DNA of 64,000 bases from assembly GCA_963719945.1 (NCBI GenBank), contig CAVRDX010000001.1, forward strand, positions 736,001-800,000, read 5' to 3'. The notes under the pieces were generated by a model. The model made no database searches, was not told the origin of the DNA, and worked only from the letters and a program-made list of their open reading frames with translations. The stretch's first letter is position 1. Every line of letters starts with the position of its first letter. The position numbers were made by a program, and so were the translations under genes. This DNA comes from an uncultured Thermoplasmata archaeon. Its GTDB lineage: Archaea; Thermoplasmatota; Thermoplasmata; UBA10834. Shown in pieces: positions 9,592 to 18,990 of the stretch.

Positions 9592-10113
9592 ATGACGATT
9601 CGGAGCATCGGCGGCAGGACCCCCAGAATCTCAGATCACGTGTTCATAGACGAATCTGCAGTGATCATTGGGGACGTGGAACTGTCGGAAAGGTGCAGCG
9701 TCTGGCCAGGAGCCGTCATCAGGGCAGATGACGACCGCATGAGCATCGGTGAGGGCAGCGCGATAATGGACATGGCATTTGCAGAAGCCCCAAAGGGCAG
9801 ACCTGTGACGATAGGACCGGGGTGTATAATCTCTCACGGCGCTCGGTTGCACGGATGCGTTCTGAAAGAATCGATCCTGGTTGGCATCGGCGCGATCGTG
9901 CTGGATGGCGTGAGTATCGGGAAGGGATCGATAATCGCCGCAGGCACAGTGCTTGCCCCTGGCACGAATGTGCTGGAAAACACGATGATGGTGGGAGTTC
10001 CTGGAAGGGTGCTTAGAAACACCACAGAGGAGGAACGCCAGGCGATTCACGCAGAAGTCAGAAAGGTGCAGGAGAAGGCGCTTCGATATGAGACGGAACT
10101 TGCATCTCGATGA
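9592..10113 (+). CDS. Gamma-carbonic anhydrase family protein (hexapeptide repeat)
   Basis: IIGDV, SVWPGAVIRAD, SHGARLHGC, GVPGR; RBS GGAGG. Confidence 0.9.
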   Translation: MTIRSIGGRTPRISDHVFIDESAVIIGDVELSERCSVWPGAVIRADDDRMSIGEGSAIMDMAFAEAPKGRPVTIGPGCIISHGARLHGCVLKESILVGIGAIVLDGVSIGKGSIIAAGTVLAPGTNVLENTMMVGVPGRVLRNTTEEERQAIHAEVRKVQEKALRYETELASR

Positions 10114-10147
10114 TTGCCGTAACAACTTGCACTGATTCGAGTACAAG

Positions 10148-10178
10148 GATGATGTGAAATCATCACTCCATTTAAATA
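10148..10178 (+). promoter_or_regulatory. Operator-like inverted repeat plus TATA box
   Basis: GATGAT-GTGAA-ATCATC (10148-10164) followed by TTTAAATA (10171-10178). Confidence 0.45.
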
Positions 10179-10262
10179 GTTCGAACATTATTGATTCTTG
10201 CCTAAGGAACCCCTGCAGTGGTGTGAAGTGGAGGAATAAGTCAAGGCAAGAGGTGCACTAGA

Positions 10263-10361
10263 TTGGAGGTTCATTTCGGAAAACCCGTTGTTGCACGCGT
10301 CAGGAAATGCCGCACTGTTGTTGTCAAGAACAAGCGGCAGCCTGAGAACGACAAGAAGTAG
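10263..10361 (+). CDS. Putative 32-aa basic microprotein MEVHFGKPVVARVRKCRTVVVKNKRQPENDKK
   Basis: GAGGTG RBS 7 nt before TTG, upstream TATA box, hairpin over the stop codon; too short for the ORF track. Confidence 0.5.
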   Translation: MEVHFGKPVVARVRKCRTVVVKNKRQPENDKK

Positions 10362-10373
10362 ATACTTCTTGTC
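10350..10373 (+). terminator. Perfect hairpin at the end of the small ORF
   Basis: GACAAGAAGT-AGAT-ACTTCTTGTC. Confidence 0.5.
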
Positions 10374-10510
10374 ATGGCAGTCAATCCATCGTTTCTATAG
10401 CAGTGGACATGATCAATTCGCGGGCGCGTGGCGCATGCGCCCACATTTATATGCGGCACCCGAAAATTATATACGGTCAGGAAGACGATATCTTGTCGGA
10501 AGGGATATAA

Positions 10511-10879
10511 ATGGCCTCTGGACAAATACCAGGCCCTCAGCCGCAGGGCCCATATCCGGGATATATGCCAGTCTATCAACCTGTGCAGAAACCGACCATA
10601 GAATACATGAGACCAATGGTCTCAGACGCAATGCTGACAATAATCTCAGTGTTGGGACTATTCCTCATGATGCTGGGATGGGTGATCTGGGGAGCCTCGA
10701 ACGACAACACAGTCGAGGACCTTGGACAATACCTCAAAGCATTCGGGATGTTCATACTGACTGCAGCAATGATGGTTGGCGGGCTGCTGAGAGTCGACAT
10801 GGACAAGTGGGTCAGGGCGGTCCTGATCTTCGGCGCAGTCCTGCTCATATCATGGGTAGGCTTCTGGTTCACCTTCTAG
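10511..10879 (+). CDS. Hypothetical membrane protein (P/Q/Y-rich N-terminus, 3 TM)
   Basis: Three hydrophobic helices; AT-rich TATA-like sequence at about 10466-10473. Confidence 0.75.
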   Translation: MASGQIPGPQPQGPYPGYMPVYQPVQKPTIEYMRPMVSDAMLTIISVLGLFLMMLGWVIWGASNDNTVEDLGQYLKAFGMFILTAAMMVGGLLRVDMDKWVRAVLIFGAVLLISWVGFWFTF

Positions 10880-10901
10880 GCACCAGAGTCCCGAAAACTC
10901 C

Positions 10902-11222
10902 TCAAACCCCATTATTTTTGATATCATGCGTCAATCGATCTTCGACGGACCGCATCTTGCTCTCTATTGTACCGGTTCGACCTCGCCTGTCATCGATCTT
11001 TATTGTGGTGATGACGCGTGTGCAATCTGCAGTCACGGATTTGTGACAACTGCGTATTACGGACATGACCTCGTCATATTCACCCTCGATTACCGTCCCC
11101 ATAGGGTTAAGCTTGAACGGGAGGTCTGAACCTTTGACTATGTCAATGCATCTGGCGACATATTCCCCAACGCTCTCTCCTTTGCCCAAGGGCACAACAC
11201 TGAATTCCACAAGCATGATCAC
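10902..11222 (-). CDS. MTH1187/YkoF family thiamine-binding protein
   Basis: EFSVVPLG, LNPMGTVIEG, RVITTIKIDDR. Confidence 0.92.
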   Translation of the reverse strand: MIMLVEFSVVPLGKGESVGEYVARCIDIVKGSDLPFKLNPMGTVIEGEYDEVMSVIRSCHKSVTADCTRVITTIKIDDRRGRTGTIESKMRSVEDRLTHDIKNNGV

Positions 11223-11449
11223 ATCTCCGCACAGATATGTTCATTCATCAGAATGGCAATCATACTAGAAAGTACGATGTTCGCCGCATCCTTATCGTTG
11301 AACACGAACATATTTATACGGGCGGCCGCTAAATGAATATTCTGTTTGCACAGGGGTCGCGTCATTCTCGGTTGCAAGGTTGGTTTGTTATGAAGGGAAG
11401 AGGGGAGAATCTGAATATTCTTACCAAGCTGAAGAAGTCTGATGATGAA

Positions 11450-11833
11450 TTGGCTGCGACAACGCTTACCGTTGAGCATCTGACGAAGGCGATCAAGAAC
11501 AGCATCGACAAGTCCGGAATGCCAGAGGAAGAGGCGAGGGCTATGGCCCAGCATGTGATGAACTTCTTCGGGTACAGCGAGCGGATAATCGACAATGTGC
11601 TGGAGCCCGAAGACAGGGACGCATTCTACATGCTTGAAGACGCAGGGATACTCGTCACCGAGCGTGAGGAGACGACGCTCTACGACGGCAGGGAGTGGAG
11701 GATCCACTACTGGATGTTCCGCAAGGACCGTATACAGGAGCTCATATCCGGCCGCGCAAGGGGTCTGGGTGCACTGGTCGAAGACGGCAATGTATATGAC
11801 GAGATACCAGATGATATCTGGAGTAGAGAATAG
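11450..11833 (+). CDS. DUF6015-like conserved Thermoplasmata protein
   Basis: VMNFFGYSERIIDNVLEPEDRDAFYMLEDAGIL..EREE.TL.DGREWRIHYW; start uncertain (11390 or 11450). Confidence 0.75.
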   Translation: MAATTLTVEHLTKAIKNSIDKSGMPEEEARAMAQHVMNFFGYSERIIDNVLEPEDRDAFYMLEDAGILVTEREETTLYDGREWRIHYWMFRKDRIQELISGRARGLGALVEDGNVYDEIPDDIWSRE

Positions 11834-11889
11834 GCGGGGAGTCTACTTTCAGGGTACCTAGGGAAAGCGATTAGTGGTACTCAGCGTTC

Positions 11890-13800
11890 ATGAGGTACTG
11901 GATGGATTACTCACAGTTCCCATACCAGCCCCGGCCAGGTCAGGAGCGGCTGATGCAAGCGGTGACCTTGGCCTGCGAGAACAGATGCCACACCGTCATC
12001 GAGAGTGGCACAGGGACTGGCAAGACCGTATGCACCCTCACGGCTGCACTCGAGTTCTCCAGGTCGAGAGGGAAGAAGATCCTCTACCTTACACGGACAA
12101 ATTCTCAGCAGAGACAGGTCATGACAGAGCTCAGGCAGCTCTCCATGAAGGCGAAGGTCTTTGGAGTCGCTCTTCAGGGTAGAAGGAACATGTGCCCGCT
12201 CGCATGCACGGATGAGGAACTCGTCCATGGCAATCCAGAGGAGCTCTCCAAGGTATGCAGCGAACGAAAGGCGCGCGTTCTCAAGGGGGATGAGGATGCC
12301 TGCAAATTCTATGCCGCAACGATCTCCCAGGACCTACAGCCCGTCCTAAGGTTCTCCAAGGATGAACTGCCGACAGCTGAGGAGTTTACCGACTACTGCA
12401 TCGAGAGGGATCTGTGCCCCTACGAAATATGCAAGATACACCTGCCAAATGCGGATGTCGTCGCGGCGCCGTACATAATGTTCTTCGACAGATTCATCAA
12501 GCACGCGCTTCTCGACTGGATGGCATGCTCACCTTCGGATCTCGTCGTCATAATTGATGAAGCCCATAACCTGCCGTCCTACGCAAGGGAGCTGGAATCC
12601 GCTGAACTCTCATCGATAGGCTTGCGCATGGCGAACAGGGAGGTAGAGGAGTTCGGTGACCCTGAGGTCGCCGAGGGAACGAGTCTCGGAGACTTCATAG
12701 GGATCCTGGAGGACATCCTCGATGCCGCCGTGCAGGAATACCTGATAGACGATGACGGGATAATCCCGCAGTCATTCGTCGAAGAGGAGCTGATGTTCAG
12801 GACCCATATGACGAGCAGAGGCCTGAAATCGCTCCTGTCGCAGACGACCAACTACGGCGAGATGGTAAGGGACAACAAGAAACTCTCCGGAAGGCTCCCC
12901 AGGTCATATGTCTTCGGCACTTCCAATTTCCTCACATTCTGGCACCTGCTGGAAGAGAGCCAATATATCAAGCTCGTATCCGAGCATGAAGCCAAGGCCA
13001 TCGAAGCGTATTGTCTTGATTCATCGATCGCATGCAAACCGCTCATGGAGTGCCATACCAGCGTGCACATGTCAGGCACCCTCAAACCCCTAGATGAATA
13101 CAAGGAGTCGATAGGCCTCCCGAACGATTCGAGGGCTGTCGATATACCGTCGCCCTTCCCACCTCAGAACAGATTGATTCTGTATTCCGACGAGGTCTCG
13201 ACCAAGCATGACGACATAAGCCGGGACGAGACGATGGTCGACAGGATCGCAGACCACATATCGGCGATGCTAAGAGGAATCCAGAGGAGCGCGATCGTGT
13301 TCTATCCATCATATGCACTCATGGAGAAGATATCTTCGAGGACGGCAGACGCTATGAACGGCAGGAAGGTGTTCTTCGAGACCAGGAAGATGGACCAGGC
13401 AGGCCTGATGGACATCGTTCGCGGGTTCAAGCATGCTTCTGGAAATGCCGTGATGCACGCGATCGCTGGCGGGAGGATAAGCGAGGGCTTGGACTTCCCT
13501 GGCGCTGAGATGGAATTGGCGATCATCGCGGGGGTACCCTACCCCAAACCGACCGCCAAGCAGAGAGCGCTCCAGCACTTCTGCGAAATCAGATTCGGAA
13601 AGGGCTGGGAGCACGCAGTCCAGGCGCCAACATGCAGAAAGCTCGAGCAGGCGATCGGCAGACTGATACGTAGCGAGACCGACCGCGGTGTCGCCGTTGT
13701 ACTCGACAAGAGGATGATCCACTTCAGGGAAGTCATCGAAGCTAAGAAGACCGAGGACCCGCTGGCCGACGTTCTCAAGTTCTTCGAAAGTTCGACATGA
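11890..13800 (+). CDS. xpd: XPD/Rad3/DinG family FeS DNA helicase
   Basis: Q motif RPGQ, Walker A ESGTGTGKT, FeS cysteines (MCPL, VC, CKFY, LCPY), DEAHN, MSGTL, EGLDF, QAIGRLIR. Confidence 0.93.
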   Translation: MRYWMDYSQFPYQPRPGQERLMQAVTLACENRCHTVIESGTGTGKTVCTLTAALEFSRSRGKKILYLTRTNSQQRQVMTELRQLSMKAKVFGVALQGRRNMCPLACTDEELVHGNPEELSKVCSERKARVLKGDEDACKFYAATISQDLQPVLRFSKDELPTAEEFTDYCIERDLCPYEICKIHLPNADVVAAPYIMFFDRFIKHALLDWMACSPSDLVVIIDEAHNLPSYARELESAELSSIGLRMANREVEEFGDPEVAEGTSLGDFIGILEDILDAAVQEYLIDDDGIIPQSFVEEELMFRTHMTSRGLKSLLSQTTNYGEMVRDNKKLSGRLPRSYVFGTSNFLTFWHLLEESQYIKLVSEHEAKAIEAYCLDSSIACKPLMECHTSVHMSGTLKPLDEYKESIGLPNDSRAVDIPSPFPPQNRLILYSDEVSTKHDDISRDETMVDRIADHISAMLRGIQRSAIVFYPSYALMEKISSRTADAMNGRKVFFETRKMDQAGLMDIVRGFKHASGNAVMHAIAGGRISEGLDFPGAEMELAIIAGVPYPKPTAKQRALQHFCEIRFGKGWEHAVQAPTCRKLEQAIGRLIRSETDRGVAVVLDKRMIHFREVIEAKKTEDPLADVLKFFESST

Positions 13801-13904
13801 ATGCCCGATTGTGACGTATCCTCACCAGCCATTCGTCTGATGGTGCAAATCAGCCTAGTCCACCCGTGTCCATTAATAAACCCCTCTACCATATGCCCTC
13901 CCGC

Positions 13905-14468
13905 ATGTCTCCTTTGGAGTATGCGCTGGCGGGCCTCCTGCTTATGCTCCCTGCGCTCGTGCCGAACTCGGCAGCCGTGCTGTTCGGGGGTGGCAGACCG
14001 ATTGATTTTGGGAAATCCTGGAGAGGCAAGAGACTCCTCGGTGATGGAAAGACCTGGAGAGGGTTCTTTGGTGGCGTGATCACTGGTTTCGCAGTGGGAA
14101 TGGTAGTGGTCGCATGGACCCTGACGGTCGACCGCCAGGACGTATGGGGATATGGCGACCTGCCGTGGGCAGCCGTGATCGTGGCTGCGCTGAGTTTCGG
14201 ATCCATGATCGGAGACAGCTGCGGGTCGTTCCTCAAGAGACGATTGGGTGTTGGCAGAGGCGGCAAGGCCCCGATCCTGGACCAATACAACTTCGTCATC
14301 GGCGCCATCATCTTGGTCCTGCTGGTGCGACCAAGCTGGTTCATGGCACACTACATCGAAGGCGATTGTATCTGGGGATTGGTGGCATTCTTTATCGCCG
14401 TACCAGTGATGCACAGGACGGCAAACATAATAGGTTATAAGATTGGCAAGAAGAATGTTCCGTGGTGA
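13905..14468 (+). CDS. carS: CDP-archaeol synthase
   Basis: PNSAAVLFGGGRPIDFG, LGDGKTWRG, GDxxGSFLKRRLG, PILDQ, C-terminal KNVPW. Confidence 0.95.
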   Translation: MSPLEYALAGLLLMLPALVPNSAAVLFGGGRPIDFGKSWRGKRLLGDGKTWRGFFGGVITGFAVGMVVVAWTLTVDRQDVWGYGDLPWAAVIVAALSFGSMIGDSCGSFLKRRLGVGRGGKAPILDQYNFVIGAIILVLLVRPSWFMAHYIEGDCIWGLVAFFIAVPVMHRTANIIGYKIGKKNVPW

Positions 14469-14480
14469 AGGTGGAAGAAA

Positions 14481-14981
14481 ATGCTGAAAAAGATGCTTGT
14501 GGAAATGAAGGTCGTGCAGACAGGGGATTTCGTGCTCGCATCAGGCAAGAAGAGCAACTTCTTCGTCAACATCAAGAAGGCTAGCACGGACCCGAAGGTG
14601 CTTCGCGAGATTGGAAGGGAGATGGCGCCTCATATCGGGGACGCAAAGATCGCGGGCATGGCTCTGGGGGCGGTTCCGATAGCTGTCGCGGTTGCTCTGG
14701 AGACCGACCAGCCGTATGTCATGGTCAGGAAGGAGGCGAAGGACCATGGAACCAAAGAGCTTATAGAAGGAGAGGTGAACAGCGGGGATACCTTCGTCGT
14801 CGTCGAGGACGTCGCCACCACCGGAGGGTCCACCATGAAGGTCGTGAATGCCCTCAGAGATAAGGGCGCGACAGTCAAGAAGGCGATCGTGGTTGTCGAC
14901 AGGGAGGAGGGCGCCACCGAAATGCTATCCCAACAAGGCATCACCCTGATATCGATATTCAAAGCAAAGGACCTCGTATGA
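14481..14981 (+). CDS. pyrE: Orotate phosphoribosyltransferase
   Basis: GDFVLASGKKS, VRKEAKDHGT, VVEDVATTGGS, VVDREEG. Confidence 0.96.
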   Translation: MLKKMLVEMKVVQTGDFVLASGKKSNFFVNIKKASTDPKVLREIGREMAPHIGDAKIAGMALGAVPIAVAVALETDQPYVMVRKEAKDHGTKELIEGEVNSGDTFVVVEDVATTGGSTMKVVNALRDKGATVKKAIVVVDREEGATEMLSQQGITLISIFKAKDLV

Positions 14982-15535
14982 TCCGAGATGCCATAGACCC
15001 TGGATGCAAGAGATGCCGTCTTCATCTGGGACGGACACAGGTGGTAACGGGGACAGGGTCTCCGTCCTCAAGATTGGTTTTCATAGGAGAAGCCCCAGGC
15101 AGGGACGAGGATCTGAAAGGGGAACCGTTCGTGGGGCGTGCTGGAATGGTGCTCAACTCCGCACTGGTGTCCGCGGGCGTCACAAGAGATGACGTCTATA
15201 TCACCAACCTCGTGAAATGCAGACCTCCCGACAACAGGAAGCCTAGAAAGGACGAGGTCGAAGCTTGTTCAATACATCTGGCGGCGGAATTCTCACACTT
15301 GAAGCCATCCGTAGTCTGCCTGCTCGGACAGTCCGTGGCCAAGGGTATTCTGGACGAGGACAGGAGCATGGCTGAGCTTGCAGGGACCGAGAGGACCGTG
15401 ACCCTCTGGGGACACGATGTACGGGCATTCATATCATATCATCCTGCGGCGTGTCTTTATACGAGGGAGAACGTCGATAAGTTCGACGAGACCATCAGGA
15501 TATGTGTCGAAGCTGCTGGTCTCTCTCGAAGGTAG
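14978..15535 (+). CDS. udg: Uracil-DNA glycosylase family 4
   Basis: CxxCxL, GEAPG, PFVGRAG, TNLVKCRPP.NR.P, YHPAA. Confidence 0.95.
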   Translation: MIRDAIDPGCKRCRLHLGRTQVVTGTGSPSSRLVFIGEAPGRDEDLKGEPFVGRAGMVLNSALVSAGVTRDDVYITNLVKCRPPDNRKPRKDEVEACSIHLAAEFSHLKPSVVCLLGQSVAKGILDEDRSMAELAGTERTVTLWGHDVRAFISYHPAACLYTRENVDKFDETIRICVEAAGLSRR

Positions 15536-15541
15536 GGCAAG

Positions 15542-17398
15542 ATGCGAATAGCGAGCATCGTGTGCATGGCGGTGATTGCCGCTTTGATATCGACAATACC
15601 CTTGCCAGCGGACAGCTCCCATGTGGAGGGTGCATCGACCGATGATATCAGCTGGACCATCATGGTCTACATGGCAGCGGATGCATACCCAGAACTACCT
15701 TGGGAGGATGATGTCAACGAGATGGAGGGGGCATCACTTCCGGATTGCATCAATGTGATAATTCTAGTGGACCCGCTAGGGGATGACAATTCGGTCATTC
15801 TGGAGTTGGCAGAGGACGACCCATGGAATGCAGAGATCGTATCTACAATCTTGCCGGACGACGGAACAGTCATACCCACGGGGGAAGCGAACATGGCCTC
15901 TCCGATGGTCTTGAGCAACTTCATCATCTATGCGAGCAACGAGTTTCCCGCAGACAGACTTGTGCTGGTGATCTGGGGTCATGGCGGTGGATGGTTCGGC
16001 ATCTGCCCGGACGGCCCTTCCGTGATGTCAATAGTCGATTTGGGTGACGCGCTACATCAGGCGACTGTCGATCTCGAACGACCTCTCGATATGATCATCA
16101 CCGATACCTGCGTCGAAGGGGTGATGGAGACCATGTATGAGGTCCGGAATTGCGCGAACATATATGTCGGCAGCGAGAAGCTCGTGCCAGCGACTGGCCT
16201 TGAGTACGACCTGGCTTTGGATTCACTCTCCGATGATCCTGCACAGACTCCCGCGGAATGGGGCAGTTCGATAGTTGAGGATTATGTATCCAGCTTATTC
16301 TTCTCAGACTTGTCTGTGGAGCTCGGAGTCTTCGACCTGGATGAGATCGAACTACTCGCCCAGGGAATGGACCGATTCTCTCACCAGGCGCTCATATACG
16401 ACTCGCTCTATGGAAACGACCTGCAGTCTGCGATCTTGTCGGCACAGAGTTCAGACTACGATGGATGGTACAAGGATATCGGTGACCTCTTCTCCCGAAT
16501 CCAGCAGGCTCCGCTCCCGATCGAACTCAGAGCACTTGCATCCAGTGTCCTGCGCACCTATGATGATTTCGTGGTGTGTTCGCAGTCATATTCGAGCCTG
16601 TTGGATGAATCGCAGACCAACTTCACAGGTGCGGCTGTGTACATCCCGACATATGACATCATGGATTACGGGTATGACGATCTTGATTTTGCGATGACCG
16701 ATTGGGATGAGATGTGTGTCGAAGCACTAGACACGGGGGATGTGCAAGACAATAATGCGCCCGCACCGTCTGTAGAATATGTCGAGACGGATGGTGTGTT
16801 GAGCACGGCGATAATAGAATGGGATGAAGGATTTGAATACTACGAGGCATGGGTTTTCATAAACACGACGAACGGGCTTGAGATGTGGGACGTGATAGGG
16901 TCAGAGGAACCTTCGATCGTCATTAATGGCGTGGGTGGAGAACTGACAATCTCAACATGGGCGGGGTCTCAGGTGCAAGCGGAGACGCACCATACCATTG
17001 ACGCACTCATGCAGTGCACGATCACCCTAAATGTAATTCTTACATCCATGAATGGACCACCACCAGATGGGATCGATGTGGTCGCGATAACTGAGAAGGG
17101 TGAATTCGAGTTCACGAACACCGGCGACGGATATGCACTGGAGATGATTGTCCCCGATGACGCCTCGATAGGCGACCTGATCACGATCGAAGTAAGGGAT
17201 CGAGAGACTGGTGCATTGATCGGATCGAATAGGACCTACATCGAGACGAACCGCTCGGTGACCGAAGTGCTCGTGTGGTCGGCTCCATCAACGGGATTGG
17301 GAATGCAATTCTATCTCCCGGCTGGGGCCTTGGTCGCAATCGCAATCATCCTGATCATGGTAGCCGCGAGCGCCAGACATAAGAAGAACAGGCTCTGA
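15542..17398 (+). CDS. Membrane-anchored clostripain-family (C11) cysteine peptidase
   Basis: Signal peptide; WTIMVYMAAD, ANM, FPADRLVLVIWGHGGG (His), DTC (Cys), VGSE; very acidic; C-terminal TM plus basic tail. Confidence 0.85.
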   Translation: MRIASIVCMAVIAALISTIPLPADSSHVEGASTDDISWTIMVYMAADAYPELPWEDDVNEMEGASLPDCINVIILVDPLGDDNSVILELAEDDPWNAEIVSTILPDDGTVIPTGEANMASPMVLSNFIIYASNEFPADRLVLVIWGHGGGWFGICPDGPSVMSIVDLGDALHQATVDLERPLDMIITDTCVEGVMETMYEVRNCANIYVGSEKLVPATGLEYDLALDSLSDDPAQTPAEWGSSIVEDYVSSLFFSDLSVELGVFDLDEIELLAQGMDRFSHQALIYDSLYGNDLQSAILSAQSSDYDGWYKDIGDLFSRIQQAPLPIELRALASSVLRTYDDFVVCSQSYSSLLDESQTNFTGAAVYIPTYDIMDYGYDDLDFAMTDWDEMCVEALDTGDVQDNNAPAPSVEYVETDGVLSTAIIEWDEGFEYYEAWVFINTTNGLEMWDVIGSEEPSIVINGVGGELTISTWAGSQVQAETHHTIDALMQCTITLNVILTSMNGPPPDGIDVVAITEKGEFEFTNTGDGYALEMIVPDDASIGDLITIEVRDRETGALIGSNRTYIETNRSVTEVLVWSAPSTGLGMQFYLPAGALVAIAIILIMVAASARHKKNRL

Positions 17399-17403
17399 AT
17401 CGC

Positions 17404-18075
17404 TCAGAATCTCTTACTGAACAGATATTTCAGATTGCTCAGACCGTCTCGCCAGCTGTTCAATTTGACCTCACCCACCCGGACACGGTATGCGATCGGA
17501 ACCTCGACAGACTTGCATCTCCTGAAGGCTTCGATCTTGATCTCCTCGGACATCGCCATGCCGTCGCTCTCGATGTCGAGGCTTGGTAATATCTCCTTTC
17601 GGAAGACCCACATCCCACTCTGAGAGTCATGGACACGCACTCTGAACAAGAGTCTCATTGAGATAGAGAGCACCTTGTTGCCGAATCTGTGCATGCCGCT
17701 CATCGCTCCAGCTTCCATATTAGCGAACCTGTCGGTAGTGATGAAGTCGAGGTTCTCCCGCTCCAACCTATCGCTCAGTCCAGGAATGTCCGACGCCGGG
17801 TAGGTCATATCTGCATCCAAAGTCGCGATGATATCACCAGAGGCCTTCTCGAACCCCGTCTTGTAAGCCCTGCCATAGCCACGCCGCGGTTCGTCGATGA
17901 CTACCGCACCCTTCTCGCATGCTATCTCCCGGGTACGATCCTTCGAGTTTGTGTCGACGACCAGGACCTCGTAGGGTCTGATGCCCTCCAGTGCCGATCG
18001 GACCTCGTCCAGAACCAATCCGATACTCCGGTCCTCGTTCATAGTTGGAATGATGACAGATATCTTTCCGGCCAT
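17404..18075 (-). CDS. GT2 glycosyltransferase (polyprenol-phosphate glycosyltransferase-like)
   Basis: ISVIIPTMNE, VVD, GYG.A, DAD, DSQSG, R.GE.KL. Confidence 0.92.
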   Translation of the reverse strand: MAGKISVIIPTMNEDRSIGLVLDEVRSALEGIRPYEVLVVDTNSKDRTREIACEKGAVVIDEPRRGYGRAYKTGFEKASGDIIATLDADMTYPASDIPGLSDRLERENLDFITTDRFANMEAGAMSGMHRFGNKVLSISMRLLFRVRVHDSQSGMWVFRKEILPSLDIESDGMAMSEEIKIEAFRRCKSVEVPIAYRVRVGEVKLNSWRDGLSNLKYLFSKRF

Positions 18076-18082
18076 GGACGGA

Positions 18083-18928
18083 TCATCTCCCCGGGAAGAT
18101 AACGCTCGACCGTTTCCGCTTCTTCCTCTCCGCCTGCAAGGCAGATATGCGCTCAGGGGGGTGCTCGAACAACTTGCACATCATGTAACCGAGCAAGGCG
18201 ACGCCCAAACGCGCGAGAGCCCAGAAAGAAATCGATGTCTCGAACAATCGCTGAGGCTTGTAACTCGACCAGAGATTGCCGTACTTCATGGTGAGTTGTT
18301 TGCGGCCCCAGCCATTCCAGAAAGCCTGTTTTAGGAAACCTATGAAGCTGCCCTTTGTTCGATGATATATGATCGCGTCGTCATTGTAGCCCAGAGTGAA
18401 TCCGGAGGAGACTGCTCTGAAGTTCAGGTCTATGTCCTCTGCCGTGATGAACCATTCATCGAATCCGTTCACTGAATCCATAACCAGCTTCTTCCAAGCC
18501 ATGTTCGCGCTCGGATAGGACACATCAAAGCCGTTGTGATAGAGTTCGACGCGCTCCAGGTCCTCGAATGCGTGATACCCGATGTTTATCGCTTTTCCCG
18601 CGACTATGTCGAATTCTGCGAGTGATCTCCTCAGCTCGGTGAGCCAGAACGGGTTGGCTATGCAATCTCCGCCAGTAGTAGCGATTGCGTCGCCTTTCGC
18701 CTGGGCAAGCCCGAAGTTGGTACTCTCGCCGCGAGTGCCAGGATGATGGAACAGGCTGATCTCGGGGTGCTTCTCCATGTATTTCCTTATAATTTCGACA
18801 GTGCCGTCACAGCTCCCCGCATCGACTATGACGATCTCGAATGGTCCTTCCTGGGTAACGAGGCTGTCAAGGAGGTCCCTTATGTGCCGCTTCTCGTTAA
18901 GCAGGTTCAGGACTACGCTTATGAGCAT
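18083..18928 (-). CDS. GT2 glycosyltransferase
   Basis: IVIVDAGSCDGT, GFDE..AED.DL, Q..WNG. Confidence 0.88.
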   Translation of the reverse strand: MLISVVLNLLNEKRHIRDLLDSLVTQEGPFEIVIVDAGSCDGTVEIIRKYMEKHPEISLFHHPGTRGESTNFGLAQAKGDAIATTGGDCIANPFWLTELRRSLAEFDIVAGKAINIGYHAFEDLERVELYHNGFDVSYPSANMAWKKLVMDSVNGFDEWFITAEDIDLNFRAVSSGFTLGYNDDAIIYHRTKGSFIGFLKQAFWNGWGRKQLTMKYGNLWSSYKPQRLFETSISFWALARLGVALLGYMMCKLFEHPPERISALQAERKKRKRSSVIFPGR

Positions 18929-18990
18929 CCTAAATCAACGCCCTCGGAAATGGCTGAGACCTTATTATGGTTTCCAGTTCGGAACCGAGG

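Noticed and set aside
10288-11046. 252-aa + strand ORF in the track
   Set aside because: Overlaps two better-supported genes and the small ORF in other frames; no recognisable motifs
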